This document shows positions 9,037-16,905 of a stretch of 34,288 bases of DNA, in pieces. The translations under genes and the position numbers were made by a program. The notes beneath the pieces were generated by a model. It was given only the letters and a program-made list of their open reading frames with translations. It did not search any database and was not told where the DNA came from. The stretch comes from Candidatus Heimdallarchaeota archaeon (GTDB lineage Archaea; Asgardarchaeota; Heimdallarchaeia; Hodarchaeales; Hodarchaeaceae), in NCBI GenBank assembly GCA_048881705.1, contig JBHLSH010000040.1:1-34288 (forward strand), in the 5' to 3' direction. Within the stretch, counting starts at the first letter, position 1. The number at the start of each line of letters is the position of its first letter.

Positions 9037-10272
9037 TCATCTTTCCAAAAATCTCTTTTTTCTGTGCACCACAAATATCCCTAAGGCTAGAATGATTGGA
9101 ATTACATAAAGCGACGTATTAAGTGATCCCGTTGTCGTGGTTGTTGTGGTCGGAGGGACATATCCAATCGCTGGGATAATATATTGGTCGATTAATGTCT
9201 GATAAAGTTCCCACAGCATAACTGAGTCGCCAGTGAAGACGATGAGCATATCGTATTCGGGAATTACAAGGAGGTATTGTCCTTTATATCCTCTCGCACT
9301 ATATGCATTCCGTGAGGGCTCAACCCACCATTGGTAACCATAGTATGATGTCGTATCTGATGCTTGAGTAGCGGCCGCAACCCATTCTTTTGATACGATC
9401 TGTTGCCCATCCCATTGGCCTTCAAAGAGGAATAGATAGCCAAATTTGGCCAGTTCACGAGCCGTTATCCTAAGATTTGACCCTCCATAAGGTATTCGTT
9501 GGTTATCTAGGGTCCAATCGGGATGTTCGATCCCTAATGGATCAAATAATCGGGTTTGAGCGAATTCCTTGGTTCCAATGCCAGTGGTATTATCTACAAT
9601 AGCCGATAACAGATGCGAATTACCAGTGTTATATACCCAGGATCGTCCAGGAATGCTGACCATCGGTCTATCAAGAACATATTGGACTGCATTTGGGCTT
9701 CCATACATTTGGGAATAATCATTAAGGGGATCATCGTAGTTAGATTCGTCCCAAGTAAATCCTGACCTCATCGTTAACAGATCCTCAATTGTCATGGATT
9801 CTTTCCAACTATCAATGTTCTGAATGGTACGATTGGGAAAATAATTCAAAATCGGGTCATTAACAGATCCAATGTGACCCTCCTCAATAGCTATTCCGAT
9901 AAGAGTTGAAGTAATGCTCTTAGTACAAGAGAAGATATTTCCACTTGAATTTTCATTTCCAAAGGATGAGAAATAATTCTCGTGGATTAGGTAACTATTA
10001 CGGATAATCAGAAGTGATCTCATTGCAACCTGGAGTATCCCCAGTTCCCAGGTCGAATTCAAATATTCGTAAATTTCCTGTAACTTGACAGAGCTAACAC
10101 CCTGATCTTCAGGTGTAGATGTCCTCCAACCATCAGTAGGCCAATAGTCTGGAGTTTGGGAGGAACCTCTGGATTTGGCCATCGTAATTGAGGGAGATTC
10201 GCTATTTGTAAACAGAATTAATAATACAAGTAAAATAAGGAGATATTTGCTGTTTATCCGCTTCATCCTCAT
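9037..10272 (-). CDS. Anchored serine hydrolase, beta-lactamase class C/NylB-like fold (paralog 1)
   Basis: SxxK (SCTK), LLTMRSG, WVYNTG, GYQWW, ARGYKGQ; signal peptide and Thr-run/TM/RKKR tail. The start is placed at ATG 10272 (not 10344) from TATA spacing and comparison with paralog 2. Confidence 0.9.
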   Translation of the reverse strand: MRMKRINSKYLLILLVLLILFTNSESPSITMAKSRGSSQTPDYWPTDGWRTSTPEDQGVSSVKLQEIYEYLNSTWELGILQVAMRSLLIIRNSYLIHENYFSSFGNENSSGNIFSCTKSITSTLIGIAIEEGHIGSVNDPILNYFPNRTIQNIDSWKESMTIEDLLTMRSGFTWDESNYDDPLNDYSQMYGSPNAVQYVLDRPMVSIPGRSWVYNTGNSHLLSAIVDNTTGIGTKEFAQTRLFDPLGIEHPDWTLDNQRIPYGGSNLRITARELAKFGYLFLFEGQWDGQQIVSKEWVAAATQASDTTSYYGYQWWVEPSRNAYSARGYKGQYLLVIPEYDMLIVFTGDSVMLWELYQTLIDQYIIPAIGYVPPTTTTTTTGSLNTSLYVIPIILALGIFVVHRKKRFLER

Positions 10273-10298
10273 CGTTGCAGATTTATATGTGATCGATT

Positions 10299-10321
10299 TT
10301 ATATGAGTATAGAATACGGCA
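10299..10321 (-). promoter_or_regulatory. Conserved 23-bp promoter element, copy 1
   Basis: The minus strand reads TGCCGTATTCTATACTCATATAA, ending 27 nt from ATG 10272. It matches the copy at 12606-12628 at 22 of 23 positions. Confidence 0.6.
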
Positions 10322-10516
10322 TGTGTGGCGTAATCCTGCTTCATCTGAGAAAACTTCCTAAGTAGATCTCTCCGACATCATGTTCATTTTCGGAATCCCA
10401 ACATTTCTTTTCTATTCAATGTTTTCTGTTTGAGAAGGACACTGTGATGACTGAAACTGAATAGGTTTGTCAGAAGCTCAACGCTTTTTACACATAAACG
10501 TGGATCAAGGAACGTT

Positions 10517-11335
10517 ATGGCTTCCATTCTCGAAAACAGATCTCTTACAGGTTTGAGCTTGGCCTTGGAGGCTAATCTTATAGGCCAGGTCAGATATTAT
10601 GGACAATCTCCGATCATCAAGGTTTTCGATGAACATAAAATGGTACGAGTTGTTTCCGGGGTTCCTGTCTCCATTTTCAATTTAATTGCTGGAGCTCAGC
10701 TAGAGGAAACAAATATTGAATATCAGATTGAGGAGGCTCTCGAACCGTTTAATAGGTATCAAGTTCCCATGATTTGGTGGGTCGGCCCAATGACGACACC
10801 CAAGGAATTAGGTACCCATTTAGAAACACAAGGATTGGCAAAAATATTTGACATGCCAGGTATGTATTACGAACTTGCGTCTCTCGAACATCAGCTGCAA
10901 TTACCACCGCACTTTCGCTTTGAACATGTTACATCTGACGATTTACTTCGAGTTTGGGCGGAAACACAAACAAAGGCCTTTGGCGTAGCTTCCTCTGAAA
11001 CACAGATGATTTATGAGTTTGAAAAAAGTTTGGGTGTAAGAAGGGAGGCCCCCTGGTTACGGTACATTGGATTTTGTAATGAAGAACCCGTAGGTGTGTC
11101 TATCCTATTCTTCCATGCAGGAGTCGCAGCTATTTTCAATGTAGCTACTATTCCCGAATATCGACGTCAGGGAATAGGGCAATTGATGACTAAAATCCCT
11201 CTTTTCAGAGCAAGACGTTTAGGATACAAGTTTGGCGTCCTGAAAGCCTCAAAAATGGGGCAACATCTCTATAGTTCCATGGATTTTGCGGAGATTTGCA
11301 AGATCAGCTACTATTACTACGATCCCAGGGGGTAA
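10517..11335 (+). CDS. GNAT-family N-acetyltransferase
   Basis: Acetyl-CoA motif A: VATIPEYRRQGIGQLM, followed by LKASKMGQHLYSSMDF. Confidence 0.88.
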   Translation: MASILENRSLTGLSLALEANLIGQVRYYGQSPIIKVFDEHKMVRVVSGVPVSIFNLIAGAQLEETNIEYQIEEALEPFNRYQVPMIWWVGPMTTPKELGTHLETQGLAKIFDMPGMYYELASLEHQLQLPPHFRFEHVTSDDLLRVWAETQTKAFGVASSETQMIYEFEKSLGVRREAPWLRYIGFCNEEPVGVSILFFHAGVAAIFNVATIPEYRRQGIGQLMTKIPLFRARRLGYKFGVLKASKMGQHLYSSMDFAEICKISYYYYDPRG

Positions 11336-11349
11336 TGTAAACATTTCAT

Positions 11350-12582
11350 CTAATTGGTTCTTTTTCTTCGCGTTAGTAAAGTTCCTAGAGCAAGAATTAC
11401 GGGAAAAATCAGAAATGAGGTTCTTTGTGATTCTGTTGTGGTTGAGGACTGAGGTATATAACCAATCGCTGGGATAATGTACTGGTCGATCAGGATCGGA
11501 TACAGGTCCCAATCAGCAAATGTGTTTGCTGTGAAAACAATAACCAAATCGTAGTTTGGAATAATTACGATGCGTTGACCCTTATAGCCTCGTGCACTAT
11601 AAGAATATCGTGCAGGTTCGATCCACCATTGGTATCCATAGAAAGAGGTTGTATCTGTTTGTTTAGTGGCCGCAGCAATCCAATCTTGAGAAACAAGCTG
11701 TTGTCCTTCCCAAGTTCCGTTCTGTAAGAATAGGTAACCAAACTTAGCCATCTCACGAGGTTTCATTTTTAGATTTGATCCTCCAAATGGCACATTTTGT
11801 GAATCCAAACTCCAACCAGTGGGAGAAATTCCTAGTGGATTAAATAGACGAGTTTGCGCGAATTCTTTTGTCCCATTCTCGGTAGTTTTATCAATTATGG
11901 CAGATAGGAGATGGGAATTGCCAGTATTATACACCCAGGATGTTCCTGGAAAACTGGTCATGGGTTTATCCAGCACATACTGAACAGCATTTTGAGACGA
12001 ATACATTTGAAAATAATCATTATTGGGATCATTATAATCAGATTCGTCCCAGGAGAGTCCAGATCTCATCGTTAATAGATCTTCTATTGTCATTGCTTCC
12101 TTCCAACTATCTCGATCCTGAAAGGTACGATTCGGAAAATAGCTCAAAATTTTATCTTCAACGCCTCCAATATAACCTTCCTCCAGAGCAATGCCAATCA
12201 AAGTTGAGGTAATGCTCTTAGTACACGAATAAATATTTAAACCTCTTTCTCCGTGCAAATATGATGAGAAATAGTTTTCATGAATGAGATAACCGTTTCT
12301 AATAATAAGTAGGGACCCCATACTGGATAGTGTATTTCTCAATACTAAAGTGGAATTGAAATATCCATAAAGTTCTTCCAGCTTGATCGAACTCACACCC
12401 TGTTCTTCTGGTGTGGAAGTTCTCCAACCGTTAGTAGGCCAATAGCTGGGTTCCTGTTCGGTTCTACCAGATTTACTAGTTGTAGAGCGAGTAGAGAGGG
12501 TGTAAAAACAATTCGTTTCAAGAATTGATATCATAATAAGGAGAATGAGGAGTTTTCTGGTCCAATCCATCATCTGAATCAT
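11350..12582 (-). CDS. Anchored serine hydrolase, beta-lactamase class C/NylB-like fold (paralog 2)
   Basis: Same motifs as 9037..10272 (SCTK, YNTG, ARGYKGQ) and collinear with it from YWPTxGWRTSTPE to LIDQYIIPAIGY. Confidence 0.9.
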   Translation of the reverse strand: MIQMMDWTRKLLILLIMISILETNCFYTLSTRSTTSKSGRTEQEPSYWPTNGWRTSTPEEQGVSSIKLEELYGYFNSTLVLRNTLSSMGSLLIIRNGYLIHENYFSSYLHGERGLNIYSCTKSITSTLIGIALEEGYIGGVEDKILSYFPNRTFQDRDSWKEAMTIEDLLTMRSGLSWDESDYNDPNNDYFQMYSSQNAVQYVLDKPMTSFPGTSWVYNTGNSHLLSAIIDKTTENGTKEFAQTRLFNPLGISPTGWSLDSQNVPFGGSNLKMKPREMAKFGYLFLQNGTWEGQQLVSQDWIAAATKQTDTTSFYGYQWWIEPARYSYSARGYKGQRIVIIPNYDLVIVFTANTFADWDLYPILIDQYIIPAIGYIPQSSTTTESQRTSFLIFPVILALGTLLTRRKRTN

Positions 12583-12605
12583 CGCAAGTTTCTACGACAT
12601 TGGCG

Positions 12606-12628
12606 TTATATGAATATAGAATACGGCA
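12606..12628 (-). promoter_or_regulatory. Conserved 23-bp promoter element, copy 2
   Basis: The minus strand reads TGCCGTATTCTATATTCATATAA, ending 24 nt from ATG 12582. Confidence 0.6.
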
Positions 12629-12899
12629 ATTGAGGCCATGTTAGATCAGAATCGGAAATTCTCTGATCCATTTGTGTCGTAATTCCGTAACAAATTGTAG
12701 CCCATTTTGTCTATTCCAGGTCTCGATTTCCAACCGTCCCGACCTTTGGTTTCTTGTTTTACCAGGAACGTTTCATTCTTTAATTTGAATAAAACTGCCT
12801 TTCCAAATGATCTTCGGGAGAAATATCAGCCTTCGTCTCTGAAACCAATTCGATAAGGAGAAAAGGGTAAATTTTCGTGGATTAATGGAGGTATTATGT

Positions 12900-13907
12900 A
12901 TGAAGTACAGAAATATGGGAAAACATGGTCTTAAATTATCTGAAATCAGTATTGGTACAATGTATCACGGTTCTTACTTTTCAGAAAAGCAGTCTCACAT
13001 TGTTTTAAAAGAAGCCATTAATCAAGGGATAAACTTCATTGACTGTGCAGACAGATACGGAATAGAAGATTCAAATCTGCCAATGGAACAAAGAACCCCC
13101 GCAGAAAAAGTGCTGGGTACGTTTTTGAAAACCCAGAACCGAGATGACCTTGTAATTTCTTCTAAGGTCTTTAAGCAACTCAGGAAAACTCCAAATAATG
13201 GTGGACTATCTCGAAAACATATCCAAGAATCGATTAGGCAATCCTTGGGATACTTACAGACCGATTATCTGGATATTTATTTTTGCCATCGGGTAGATAA
13301 TCAAGTTCCACTTGAAGAAACGATACGTACTATGACCAATCTTATTGATGACGGACGCGTACACTATTGGGGAACATCGTGGGCCCCTCCATACATCATA
13401 GAGCGAGCTATTGGAATCGCGAAGGAGAATGGATTAATTTCACCGACCGTAGAAGAGCCACCCTATCATATCAACGCACGTTTCATAGAATCAGATCTAT
13501 TTCATGTCGCAGATTATCATGGGTTAGGGATCACCGCTTTCGAGGCTCTCGCAACTGGTTTTTATACGGGCAAATATCTAGATGGAATTCCTGAGGACAG
13601 TCGTGGGGCAATAGTTGAGCATCTTCCACAAAACATCATAGATGAACGCCGAGAGCAAATTTTAGCGTTAAGAGAGGTAGCTTCTTCTCTAGAGATCCCC
13701 TTGAGTCAGCTGATGTTCGCGTGGGTGCTTAGGAATCCCCAGATATCTTCAGCCATTATGGGTGCATCGAAACCAGAGCAGGTGATTGAAAATTGTGGCG
13801 CATCTGGAATTGTACTTCCTCAAGACGCTCTTGAAAAAATTGAAGCTATTCTCGACAATGATCCCAGGAAGAAATACCACTATCGTTTTGACCAACGACC
13901 TGATTAG
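12900..13907 (+). CDS. Aldo/keto reductase
   Basis: MKYRNMGKHGLKLSEISIGT start, catalytic D/Y (FIDCADRYG), K (SSKV), H (YFCHR), and AIMGASKPEQV. GGAGGT at 12887-12892 supports ATG 12900. Confidence 0.92.
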   Translation: MKYRNMGKHGLKLSEISIGTMYHGSYFSEKQSHIVLKEAINQGINFIDCADRYGIEDSNLPMEQRTPAEKVLGTFLKTQNRDDLVISSKVFKQLRKTPNNGGLSRKHIQESIRQSLGYLQTDYLDIYFCHRVDNQVPLEETIRTMTNLIDDGRVHYWGTSWAPPYIIERAIGIAKENGLISPTVEEPPYHINARFIESDLFHVADYHGLGITAFEALATGFYTGKYLDGIPEDSRGAIVEHLPQNIIDERREQILALREVASSLEIPLSQLMFAWVLRNPQISSAIMGASKPEQVIENCGASGIVLPQDALEKIEAILDNDPRKKYHYRFDQRPD

Positions 13908-14797
13908 AAAGCCTGAATGTCATCACCTGAAGTATTTGGTATGGACACTGTTCTGATTTGGGAGACTTCGTCCCAATGAACCTCATATTCGATGTGCAAA
14001 TGCGATAGAAGGGTTTCTAGAATTTCAAGATAAAAGCAATCGAACTGATTCTCACATAACCTACACTCCGCACAATTCAAGGTAAACTCTCTATCAACAC
14101 GCGAAATATGATAGCTCTCAATTCGCTCCAATAGTAATTCTACGAGTTGGAGGCGATGAATTGTTTTCCAAGAGCGCCCATACAACGAATTTTGCTTTAA
14201 CAGACGTCCTGAAACAATTGAAGTCCACTCTAAAGGATCTAGGTCTTGAACTTCTTCCTCTTTGATTAGGGTCTCATCGAGTAACAATAGTAGGAGGTTT
14301 AAATGAGCATCCAAAAGGTTAAACCGAGCGGCGGCTTGTATTTTAAAGGGATCAAATTGAGTGACATCAAAAACGAGAGATTCACCGCAAGTTAGAAGAA
14401 CGGATGGAAATTGTCGGCAAAATGTTTCGTGGATATCCGCCAATGGTTTTGCCACCCAGTTATATTTTACTTTCGAATCTACAACAAGAATGAAGATGAT
14501 ACCTTCCTGCCTGCGAAAGAACATCTGTTCACGACTCATACGAATGGATTCAAGGGTATCCTCCTTGACTTGGGTGGTAAAACTAACCAAAGCGCTCACT
14601 AGATTAGCCTGCAATATGGCAGAAGGGGGAGGATCTATGTCGGGAAAAGTCAAGTGGAAAAGGAGACCCCCATGCTCAATTATTCCAATCAAAGCCTTGA
14701 TTCGTGTACTTTCGGACCGCGCGGTCTGGGAAGCAAGATGCCGATTCAACAGCCATTCACCTCCTTGCACTCCTTGAGAATCTGATTTGGTGAACAT
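13904..14797 (-). CDS. Longin-like domain protein with a Cys-rich, V4R-like C-terminal domain
   Basis: The N-terminal half follows a longin pattern (GLLFHLTF...LVSALVSFTTQV...LESIRM...IIFILVVD...LADIHETFCRQF...FDPF). The C-terminus has FTLNCAECRLCENQFDC. GGAGGTG lies 8 nt before TTG 14749, the probable start. Confidence 0.65.
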   Translation of the reverse strand: MFTKSDSQGVQGGEWLLNRHLASQTARSESTRIKALIGIIEHGGLLFHLTFPDIDPPPSAILQANLVSALVSFTTQVKEDTLESIRMSREQMFFRRQEGIIFILVVDSKVKYNWVAKPLADIHETFCRQFPSVLLTCGESLVFDVTQFDPFKIQAAARFNLLDAHLNLLLLLLDETLIKEEEVQDLDPLEWTSIVSGRLLKQNSLYGRSWKTIHRLQLVELLLERIESYHISRVDREFTLNCAECRLCENQFDCFYLEILETLLSHLHIEYEVHWDEVSQIRTVSIPNTSGDDIQAF

Positions 14798-14959
14798 AAG
14801 GCCCTAGAAACCTTTTGATAAACCGTTCATGTTCTATGATTTGACCCAGTTCCATTGCACTGCAGCACTGTTTTCATCCGTTCTTGATAGGTGGGCGGCG
14901 ATTTCCTTTTATACCAGAAAACAAAACTATGACAAATAAACACTTAACGGGTAGGTATT

Positions 14960-15577
14960 TTGAAAACACATTGGAATGAAGTATATAACTCCAAAGAGAC
15001 CACAAATCTGGGTTGGTATGAAGAAACACCAGTAAAATGCTTGGAGTTATTAGAAAAATCAAAAATTAGGCATTCGGACCTAATTGTAGACGTCGGGTGT
15101 GGTACGGCCTCATTTATCATGAATCTATTGGATCAGGGTTATACTAATCTTATTGGACTCGATATTAGTGATGTAGCCATAAATAAAGTCAAGAAGCATA
15201 TGGGGGAAAAAGCAGGCCGTGTTCATTGGATAGTTGATGATATTACAAGGCCAGAACGAATTACCGAGTTTAAGGATATAGCGCTGTGGCACGATAGGGC
15301 TGTACTCCACTTCTTGCAGACAAAGAATGAGCGGCAGAAGTACCTTCGAACGTTAAAAACCGTCCTGAAGATCGCTGGTTATGTAATCATTGCTGTATTC
15401 AATCTAGAGGGTGTGAGGGAATGCTCAGGTCTTACTACTTACAATTACAGTTCAGAAACCCTTGGTGACTTTCTAGGATCCTCCTTCCTCTTAAAAGATT
15501 CATTTAATTTCACGTACAAAACTCCATGGGGAAAACCCAGGCCTTATGTTTACACACTATTTCAAAGATTCGATTGA
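14960..15577 (+). CDS. Class I SAM-dependent methyltransferase
   Basis: IVDVGCG (motif I), GLDIS (motif II), VDDIT, LWHDRAVLHFL. Confidence 0.88.
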   Translation: MKTHWNEVYNSKETTNLGWYEETPVKCLELLEKSKIRHSDLIVDVGCGTASFIMNLLDQGYTNLIGLDISDVAINKVKKHMGEKAGRVHWIVDDITRPERITEFKDIALWHDRAVLHFLQTKNERQKYLRTLKTVLKIAGYVIIAVFNLEGVRECSGLTTYNYSSETLGDFLGSSFLLKDSFNFTYKTPWGKPRPYVYTLFQRFD

Positions 15578-15633
15578 CTTCTGTCTTGATTTGATTTGTA
15601 ACCTGAGATTAGTGAAATTGTTAACTCAAGGTT

Positions 15634-15870
15634 TTATCTTTCAAACTTTTTTCTATTGCTAGCTTTTTTGAGATCCTTAATAGAATCTCTTTGCAGTCGA
15701 GAATATGTTAATAGATCATCACGTTCCTTTAACTCTTCAAACGTTAGATCGCTGCCTTTATACATGATATTTTTGGCTCTTTCCTCAGAAACTTGAGCCA
15801 TCCTTTGTTTAAACTTCCGAATTCCATCCTTTACTCGGTTTTGATCCCGTAATGACTTGCTTCCCATCAA
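15634..15870 (-). CDS. Small basic helical hypothetical protein
   Basis: 78 aa, charge-rich. AGGAG Shine-Dalgarno upstream of TTG 15870/ATG 15867. Confidence 0.55.
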   Translation of the reverse strand: MMGSKSLRDQNRVKDGIRKFKQRMAQVSEERAKNIMYKGSDLTFEELKERDDLLTYSRLQRDSIKDLKKASNRKKFER

Positions 15871-15997
15871 TTGTACTCCTATTTATCGTAAATTTCTCGG
15901 TCATCCGAGATAATGAAGGATCCTGTCCGCCAACTACTTGTCTTCCCTATTTCTGTATTAAAATCTATTTGGCTTATAATCTCACCAATTCTACTCC

Positions 15998-16558
15998 CTA
16001 AACTGAGGTGAGTTCTCCTCGTTCGAAGGCCTCTAAAAAGGGGAGTAGACTGTAATCTTCGTTCTCTAGGATCTTTTTGAGCCTGGATTTGGTGACACGA
16101 ACACACTCAAGGGATTTTGGAAAAGGTAAGCTGGAACTACCTGTAACACGCCTGTAAGCTTCTGCTATTATTGCCCCCGCCCAAGTACCAAGCTTGTTCT
16201 TCTTCAAACGCTGAAAATCTCGTCTTAACGAAAGTTCTGTGACGATAAAATCCACTTCATTTTCAACCCTTCTTATGATCAAAGGATCAGTTTCCTTCAC
16301 AAAAGCCCATAAAATGTCCAAGGTTGCCTGGAGCGTCTGTACGCGTTCAATGTGATGACGCTGATATATCTGGCGTCTCTGATCTGACGAACGATTTAAT
16401 TTTAGTCGCGCCTTGATTTTTCTTATGCTTTTCACAGAAGTGACATATTTCTGGGCTAATTCATGATCGAGCATTGCGGAATAATTGCGTTTTACTCCGT
16501 TTTCAATCGTGGGTCTTGCCTGGAAATCACCATTTTCTTTGGGACTCATCCATATCAC
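15998..16558 (-). CDS. Basic helical hypothetical protein, possible TFIIB/cyclin-box-like C-terminal part
   Basis: 186 aa; a GGTGA SD favours ATG 16549. KNKLGTWAGAIIAEAYRR...VRVTKSRLKKIL loosely resembles a TFB cyclin-fold repeat. The family call is weak. Confidence 0.55.
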   Translation of the reverse strand: MIWMSPKENGDFQARPTIENGVKRNYSAMLDHELAQKYVTSVKSIRKIKARLKLNRSSDQRRQIYQRHHIERVQTLQATLDILWAFVKETDPLIIRRVENEVDFIVTELSLRRDFQRLKKNKLGTWAGAIIAEAYRRVTGSSSLPFPKSLECVRVTKSRLKKILENEDYSLLPFLEAFERGELTSV

Positions 16559-16620
16559 CTAGCGATCTTGGCCTGCTACTCTTGCAGAATCTGGTCATAA
16601 TTTCGTCACTGGGAGTTACA

Positions 16621-16818
16621 TCAGGTCCATCCGAGGACAATATGAACGAAAAACTCTCCTACATCTAGATCCGTCGATTGAGCTCGGCTGATAATGTTCT
16701 TTAGCTTAGATTCCTGTATTGCGCTTAAATGGGCCATAATGACACCATGATGTCGCCTGAGACGAGTAAGCAGCTGATGTTGGTTTATTGTATTTATGAG
16801 GGAAGAAGTATAGGACAT
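16621..16818 (-). CDS. Possible small hypothetical protein
   Basis: 65-aa 3' part (MSYTSSLINT...) of track ORF 16621..16962. The longer version overlaps the helicase start and is unlikely. Confidence 0.3.
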   Translation of the reverse strand: MSYTSSLINTINQHQLLTRLRRHHGVIMAHLSAIQESKLKNIISRAQSTDLDVGEFFVHIVLGWT

Positions 16819-16905
16819 TTTCTTTTTCTCCGAGACGCATATTTTCATGGGGCCGATATGCATACTCTTTGCCATCTTTGTATTGATTTCACTTAAATAG
16901 GAGAA

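Noticed and set aside
10273-10344. N-terminal extension of serine hydrolase 1 in the ORF track
   Set aside because: It covers the conserved promoter element and has no counterpart in paralog 2.
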